A stretch of DNA of 59,241 nucleotides, counting the filler, from Sphacelaria rigidula (Eukaryota), in NCBI GenBank assembly GCA_964200075.2. It is 5 parts of 5 records of this genome, joined end to end, with 100 filler letters (N's around TTAATTAATTAA, not from the genome) between each part and the next. Parts side by side here need not be neighbours in the genome. Positions count along the whole stretch, not along the records: positions 47,476 to 59,241 come from CAXNAA020004529.1; 4 more parts are not named here. One strand, given 5' to 3'. The notes beneath the pieces are model-generated. The model searched no databases. It was not told the origin of the DNA and saw only the letters and a list, made by a program, of their open reading frames with translations. Of this stretch, positions 51,631 through 59,241 are shown piece by piece. The translations under genes were made by a program, and so were the position numbers. Every line of letters starts with the position of its first letter. The first letter of the stretch is position 1.

Positions 51631-53199
51631 AGGTTAACGGTGAGACGGATTGGAGCTTGAGTACTTTATGAACAGATGTGAAGGGATCGACCTGTAGTAA
51701 ATGAATATGAACGAACTCGTGTACAAATGAATGGCAGTCGAATATTAAGTAGAATGAAAGGTCCCACACGAAATAGTGAAATTTCGTAATCGTTGACCGA
51801 AGTTTTGTTGTTTGCCTAGTTTAGTGATCAACCTGCACTATAGAGTTAAGCAAATGCTGACAACAACTGGAGACTGTTGTTTACTTGTATCATGGCGCTT
51901 CTCACCGGGGCTATTGTGTTCGATCATATCATCTGCGGTGCGGCTCAAGCTAGAAGAGGTAAAATGTTCAGGAAAGTGTTCACTGAGATATTCAATTTTC
52001 TTATTAATAAAGGGAGCAAAACAAGTGCGTTTTCACCACCTCGCCGTAAGTTAGCAAGGGCATCACGTGGCAAAACAAATAATAGCCATCATGATGCGCG
52101 CTGGGTGATGCGCGATGGGAGCGACGCGCTCGTGCTCACGCTCACGACGGCACAAAGGTAATCAAGTGACGGAGACCGCTATAGTGGTTCCGACCGCGCT
52201 TGGGGTAAAGTGAAGAAACGCAATCACCCGAATTAAAAATAATCAATGCACTTTTGACCATGACAGGTACCCCGCAAAAATAAATGCGAGATACAATGCT
52301 GCTCAGGCGAAGATTTCAATTCTGCCGCGTACGTACGGAATGAGTGAAGTGTGATTCGTTGCCTCAAGCAACAGCGGGCAAGAACTATGCTTTTATCATG
52401 AAACGCGTGCAGAACTTCACATGCCATAACATCAATTAACGAGATTATCATCCCAAGATCATAGACCGAACAACGCACAATCGAGCAAGAGGAATGATAG
52501 CCTGAACCGGAAGCCACAAAGATTTGCACTTGCAAGAAAGATGCTTCAAGATGAAGCAGCTGCAGGCGGAAATTTACGTTTGTCGTGCGTACTGCTGTCG
52601 TAAGTGGATCTTGTAAATGCGCCGCCCATGACGCGAGTCAGTGCGCACATACCCACATAAATAACAGTATGATTTCGGGATATTGTATGTCTACTGAGAC
52701 TCAACCGAAGAAAGAAAACATGAAGTGATACATGAGCTGAGGCCACGAGATGAACCTCAAGACTATGGCCCATTCGGGTGTGGTTGCGCCGCTTGCAGAT
52801 GCGTGTCCACAACGTCAGCGTAGCGATACCGCTCACAGTGACTGGTGAGGTGGAGGTGCAGTTATTACCGCCATGCTTTACGCACGTATCTTGAGGCAGA
52901 TGAAACGGATGCGCGCCCAAATCAGCGATACGGTAGCAAGGAAGACGGCACAAAAATGATATTTTGTTAAGAAGAGTTGATATCAGCGCCGCACCCGCTC
53001 CAGGCTCACTGCACAACCTCCGCGTAGGTGGCTATGAGCGAGTCCTGTGCGCGATGCATTTAGGTAAAGTAAAACGGCGTGCCGCCCACGCTGTTCGATT
53101 CGATGCTTTTACAGTTCAGAGTCAGAACCTTCAGCTATTCTTGATTGAGCAGGAAGCGCGGAGTTGATGTCGGAAGGCATGAGTCTCTACACGTTGTAT

Positions 53200-54050
53200 C
53201 CGTTAAATGCAACAGCTGCACGCACGATTTTTGACGCGTGATATAGCTGGCAGGAGCAATGTAGCGCTGTATGCACCCATTATGTTGCACACTGTATTGT
53301 TACACGTGAAGCTACCCCGGTTAAATGCACTATGTCCCACATAATTACCGTCCGCTAATGCGCGACACTGGCAGATTGGGTCGGTGTTACATCAAATGTT
53401 GCCAGAGATTAGTGGCACCGCTCGTTGTCTCCCTTAAATGCAACACAGCCGCGAGCACGATTTTTGATGCGTGATACAGCTGGCAGGAGCAACGTGGTGC
53501 TGGCTACACCCATTAGCAAATATTGTATTGTTGTACATGAACGCCGCACCGGTTAAATGAACTATGCATCACCGAGTTGCTGTCCGAGAATGCGCGGCAC
53601 TGGCCCAGCGGGTCGGTATTTCCTCGAACGTCATCAGATTTTAGTGGCAGCGATGGGGCAGAGAACCGAAACAATCAGGGGGGTATTCACAGCAATCAAC
53701 TGCTGATGTGGGCTGTTGATTGGGAGTAATGAGCGCCAATGTGTGCGTTACACACCAAGCCGATGCTGCTGTTATATCCTCCCGTTTGTTTTTAGCGGAA
53801 TACCCTAAATTCCGCACCTCGCTTCATGCTTTGAGCGACACAAGTGCTACCTCCGAGCAAGAGCCGGATCCAGTGGTTTGGATTGTTTAGACAGGTACCC
53901 GATGAGGATGCTCGGATCTTTATGCCGCTGCACCGGTTGTCAAATCCACCCCACCCAACAGCTGCGATGCACTTGGTGATAGCCGCACGATGTAGCTTCT
54001 AGGAGCAACGTTGTGTCTGCTTTAGCCATCATGTTACGGTTGCGGTGAGA
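53200..54050. repeat. Diverged direct repeats (~230-bp unit twice, partial third)
   Basis: TTAAATGCAACA..GCACGATTTTTGA(C/T)GCGTGATA(T/C)AGCTGGCAGGAGCAA at ~53203 and ~53434; partial copy at ~53985. Confidence 0.75.
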
Positions 54051-56059
54051 TACCTGTGAATCTGCGATAGCGCTCGAACGAAACAGGGATCACGGGACAC
54101 AATGAATCAAAATGAGGGTATCTTCATCGGTACGGGTAAACTATTCCGAAATGAGGGGTGGTGATGTCAAATTAATCCTTTCTGCAGACTGCACTGACTG
54201 TCGCAACTACAGTACAGTACAGGTACCCAACGCACGGCACTAGCGCGACAGAACGTTGTTCGTCTCACCGAATATGAAAGAGTCCACATACCCACGAAGT
54301 TTTCAACAGAAGTGCAGATAGGACTGCGTGCGACCAAGATTGGTCGGTAGGGACGAACATGAAGACAGTATCGCTGCTCATGCAATCCAAAACAGTGTTC
54401 GCGATTCGTGAACGCAACGCAACAGAACGGACAGGAAAAGTTTCGACACCTGAGAGAGCTTGAAGGCTTTTGCTGTGAGACAGTAGGGAAACAAGATATG
54501 TTCCATGGGTTAGTCCTCAGGCTGATTGTGAAGGGTTCTTCAAAACATGGGTTAGTCCTCAGGCTGATTGTGGAGGGGTCTTCAAATTGAAGCCAACGCC
54601 AAGTGAACACTCCACTATAGCCGCGCTTCTTTACATTCACTTGGGCAGAAAGGTTGACATGAGAGGCGAGCTTCACACGCTAAATAATTAAGCAGATTCG
54701 GGCCCGGTACATCTTCAGTATGCCGACTTGTGTACATAAAACGGTCAGACGTCTGTCGATCTCCCCCACACTTGCCTCTGGGCGAACTGACTATGTACGC
54801 AGGACCATACCCATGTTATCACACGATAATTGAGTGACTGAGCTGTATTGAAACGCACTGAAATTCAGTACCACTCCTTCTGTATAGCTACGACAAATAC
54901 CGTAGCGCATCCAGACGGGCAGTCAGGTTTTGGTGACGCTACATCAGCCGTTCACCAACGCCAGCTAGGATTGCATGACTCTCCAGACTGCTTAACTAAA
55001 TATTTCCATGCAACAGCTGCTGTGTGCTTCCTGCTATGTGATGCAGCTGAAAAGAGCAACACAACACCATGCCGTCTTTACTCATCAAGCTTGTGCTTAC
55101 TGTATTTACCACACGAGAGTTTTCATCACGTTTGCACACCAGAAACGGGATAGTGCATACAGACGAGGTTGACAGTAAATATCAGTTGAACTCTTACTAA
55201 TTCGAGTATGATCTATCTTCGTGCGCCGCTGGACGGACTAACGTTAGACTTGTTCACAACTGACGTTGCTGTTGCTATACGCCATGATTTTTTGAGTTTC
55301 ACACAGCTGACTGAAATGGAACGATGGTACAATATGCCACACGTACTCAAACTCGACAAGACCCGCTGGATTAAAAATCGCGTGTGTCTTCGCACATTGA
55401 TTTGCGATAACATCCTTGGGTTTTACGACATGCAACCGTTATATTTATTGTGATGCTGTTACAATATGGCTGTACAGGATGGCGGTACTGACTGTTTACA
55501 ACCTGCACTATCTCCTCGATGAAATCGTTGACTTTGTACTCAGTCTAACAGCGCATGAGTAATATGCTTTTACTCTGAGAACAAAACTGTTCCGAATCAC
55601 CATCGAATATCAAGTGTCGGACTATGCATGCGGAAGAACCTTTGCCGTGAACTGTACTGTTTATTCGAGTCTATATACTCTGGGGACACATGAGGTCGTG
55701 ATTGTAGTGTTGCCTGGGTGAAACTACTGAACGCGATATCAACCAGCAGATGAGAATTAACGAACTGCCTGCATGTAGAAGATATACAGGGCTATCGAGA
55801 TGTTGTCGGCTACAATTAGAACAGAGTACATACAGCATAACGTATAAACTTTTTGAAACGCGAACCACTTGCTCGAGTATCTCATGCATGACCATGTATG
55901 CAACGGTGAAAGAATGTCATTTTACTCTATGCTTCGCAAATTCACAAAACTGCCTGTGTGACCGTAATACCATACTGGTTGTGCATACATGCTACAAGGC
56001 ACGATACCATGTGAGCCGATTCGTCGTGAACGGAAATTGCGAAGCTTGAATTAACATGG

Positions 56060-56790
56060 GGTATTTACCCTACCCCGGTCAGGGGGGGAGCAGATCATTG
56101 ATGCGTTAAATGTGTGTTATTGTCATGGAAATTGAATGCAACTTCAACGTGATTCCCCCTGATTGATAGTTTTGCCCTTGATGGATAGCTCCAAAGGGTA
56201 TGAACGATTCATATATGCTTGAGAACTTCGGGGCTATGTGATGTCTGCTCTGAAGAAATCAGACCCAATCATGTGCTTTGACTATACTTCACGACTTTCA
56301 ATACATGGGTGATTGTTTCCGTGTGCACCTGATAACCGCACCTCGTACATGACCGTGTATGCAACTGACAGAGAATGACATTGTTACGTTGCCGTCCGCT
56401 GATGCACGGAAATCTGTTTGTCTAACTGTAATGTCATACTGTCTGCATACATGCCACCAGGCGCGGTACCGATTAGCCGTGAACATAAATTGCGAGACTT
56501 GGATGAACGAAACATGAGGTATTCACCCTACCCCCTGGTCAGGGGGGGCAAATCATTAATGCTCGAAATGCTTTATTGTCATAGAAAATGGATGTAACCT
56601 CTACGTGGCTCCCCCTGTTTGATCCTTTGCGCCCTTGGTAGATATCTTCAAAGAGGTTATGCAAGCCATGCATGCGTAAAACAAATGGAGAGTTATGTGA
56701 AGTTGTTTCAGTTCTGAGAGATCAAACCCAACCATGCACTTCTAGCTGAACATTCGACTGTGAATATGTGGATGTTTGTTTCCAGGTGCA
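56060..56790. repeat. Diverged direct repeat (~270-bp unit, ~460-bp spacing)
   Basis: GGTATT(T/C)ACCCTACCCC..GGTCAGGGGGG..ATCATT..TATTGTCAT at ~56060 and ~56518. Confidence 0.75.
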
Positions 56791-57504
56791 CTGTTGAACA
56801 TACCATTATTTAATATTTGATTTTTATCACCCGCAGCGGTGGGTCACAGGACTGCATGAAGCGTGCAACAATTGCTCCTCAACAATTATTGTTGGTACCC
56901 GCCTGCCAATTTCTATATAGCTACTCATGAACGTGATAATCAACCTTGATCCACAACGATTGCGCGGCTATGAGTGAAGCTGCATGCTAATGTGTTTGCA
57001 TGAGGCCACCAGACGGATGCTCCGTCAGTTCCCGTTGACCGTCTATACTCGTGCACGCTCCGACAATCAATTCGAAGATGACCGTCTACTTGTGCACGCT
57101 CTGACAATCCATTCGAAGATGACCGTCTACATGCGCGTGCTCCGACAATCAATTCGAAGATGACTGTTTAGCTGTGCGCGCTATGACCGTCCCGGGGGGA
57201 GGGCTACATTCTTCTGGTCTTGAGAGTCCAGGGGTTCCACACACCACACATTCCTTTGCCGAGATTTATACCGGAAATAATCTGATAAAAATATTGTTGG
57301 CTTGTAATGAACGACTCGTCTGTTTACCGCGGAGACTATACAAGTTGCTAACATACAAGCCAGACATCGAATGGATGAACGAGAAAGTTGTATGAACCAT
57401 ATATATGTATATATGTATATGCTTGCACCATACAGCGAACAAGCAGGAAATTTATTGCATACAGGAAAATAGGTGAGGACGAAGGCTCAAGATCTCAAGA
57501 CCCT

Positions 57505-57850
57505 GTGTTTCCGAACAGGTTGACAGGGGGCCAGGAGTTTCCCTTGTGCGCGCGAACAGGTTGACAGAGATCTAGGATATCCCATATGTTTTCGAACAGG
57601 TTGACAGGGGGCCAGGAGTTTCCCTTGTGCGCGCGAACAGGTTGGCAGAGGTCCAGGATTTCCCATATGTTTTCGAACAGGTTGACAGGGAGCCAGGATT
57701 TCCCATATGTTTCCGAACAGGTTGACAGAGGACCAGGGGCTTTCCTTTCGCGTGCGAACAGGTTGACAGGCATCCAGGAATTCCCATGCTGTCCGAACAG
57801 GTTGACAAGCGGCCAGGATTTTCCCATGCTGTCCGAACAGGTTGACATGG
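57505..57850. repeat. Minisatellite, nine 39-41-bp units with core CGAACAGGTTGACA
   Basis: Cores at 57512, 57553, 57593, 57634, 57674, 57714, 57755, 57794 and 57834. Confidence 0.92.
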
Positions 57851-58299
57851 AGTCATCATTCCCTTGGGAGTCTATGAATTTATGCCTGGCTGTCCCCGAC
57901 ACGCGATACCCTGGCCAAATGCACACGCTTGAACCTGTTGTGTCCGATTATATTGCTGTTCCCTTCGTTCTCCTTCCCCTTTATTTGTTTTGTTCGCTAT
58001 TATACTGGTGAAGCGCTGCTATCATATTACCGGTCTCATCGTTTCTCACGCCGTTGATGACTGAAAATGTTTCTTCCAGACACCGCCCTCGTGACTCTTG
58101 AATCATGGAGATTGTAATACACTGCAATGAAGCATCCAAAATTATTTCAGTAGGTGTTTTTACATCTATGTGGCACGTGCGTGCAGGTTTAACGTGTCCA
58201 TTGTCGCATAGCTAACCCCAAATCGGTGAAAAATGAGGGGAAACCCCTTGAACCCTCGAGACCAGCCCTTCTACCCGGCGGGATCCGTCCAACAGCCTC

Positions 58300-59241
58300 C
58301 CGCGCAGCACCCATTTCCAGGCGAGATCTGTTAGCTGGCTTGGGGTGACAGATTCAGGGTTGGCTGAGGATATCACGTACATACCTCCACTATATACTCT
58401 GACGGATAGGAAAGCAGTGTTGGGCCCAGGATTGTCGTGAGTATGAGAAGATCAATGGTTGTTTCACGGAGCTGAGCCACACTGGCTTTCAGAGGAGAGG
58501 ATTTGGACAGTTTCACTGCGTTACAGTTGGATGTGTTTCATGCCTTGTGGGAATTACATCAACCGCAGACCAGGCCACGTCCATCTGATATACCATCTCG
58601 AGCAGAAAGGGGCTCAATTGCGCGGTAGATTCCCCGATGTACCAAGATCCGTAAACGGTTTACGGAGGGCCCAGAGCGGTCAACAAGATCAAGGACTTCT
58701 CCGGATTGGAGGGAATCGTTTCCGTACGGTGTTTAAATTCCCCACGCGGTCTAACCCGGCAGAGCAATCAACAAGATCAAGGACTTCTCCGAACTGGATG
58801 GGATCGTTTCTGTACGGTGTTTAAATTCCCTACGTGGCCTAACCCGGCAGAGAGATCTACATGAGCGGAAGTTGCCGAGACTGTTTGAGATTGTTTTGCA
58901 CGGTGTTTAAATTCCCTACGTGGTCTCACTCGGCAAAACGGACAAAGATCGACGGCTACACGAAACCAACGCCGGATACTCGAGGATGAGGAAGGTGGTA
59001 ACGCGGCGATCCATCGTCGAACCACGTTCAACCCCGGGGTTTGCCAACCGTAGGCCTGAGGGGGGGTGTTATGGATCACGGCATACATGGAGGAAGGGCA
59101 GTACAATGATGGGACCATCTAATCTAATGGAAACGTCCCGGAGGGCTGACTGCGGGAACCGGCAATGTGCCGCAGTCAGGGGGGAGGTTGTTTGAGCCCG
59201 TACGCAGACGGTTACATAAACATGCCTCTTTACATCCGGCT
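58300..59241 (+). mobile_element. Deleted relative of the Gypsy element (integrase tail, 3' UTR, PPT, start of LTR at 59067)
   Basis: 58305-58610 aligns to 50510-50820 (CTGACGGATAGGAAAG, CACTGGCTTTCAGAGGAG, TACAGTTGGATGTGTTTCATGC); CTGAGGGGGGG|TGTTA junction. Confidence 0.88.

Noticed and set aside
57505-57850. CRISPR-like regular array of CGAACAGGTTGACA
   Set aside because: The intervening sequences are homologous to each other (units 1 and 3 nearly identical), the context is eukaryotic and there are no cas genes. It is a minisatellite.

Overview
This is eukaryotic, intron-rich, transposon-laden DNA; gene style and repeat content suggest a stramenopile, probably a brown alga (inference). 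It is not one locus. Five contigs of 11770, 11770, 11768, 11767 and 11766 bp are joined by identical 100-bp spacers (N44-TTAATTAATTAA-N44), i.e. a size-sorted concatenation of unplaced contigs. Spliced genes reconstructed by hand: a complete CZIB/DUF866 homologue lacking both CXXC motifs (6612-8986 +); exon 1 of a NAP/SET histone chaperone (-) head-to-head with RPB7 (13147-17208 +, last exon not found); part of a uDENN-domain gene (30326-32602 +); and a complete 9-exon dolichyldiphosphatase/PAP2 gene (38470-45337 -) that the ORF track does not show. The rest is MITEs (several nested), tRNA-derived SINEs, an RTE-like LINE relic, a BED-finger hAT and two related Ty3/Gypsy elements. The highlight is the Gypsy pol (47547-51057). 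It carries, in frame between RNase H and integrase, a full-length cytosine-C5 DNA-methyltransferase-like domain whose catalytic motifs are eroded, and its integrase ends in chromo-like plus Tudor-like domains.
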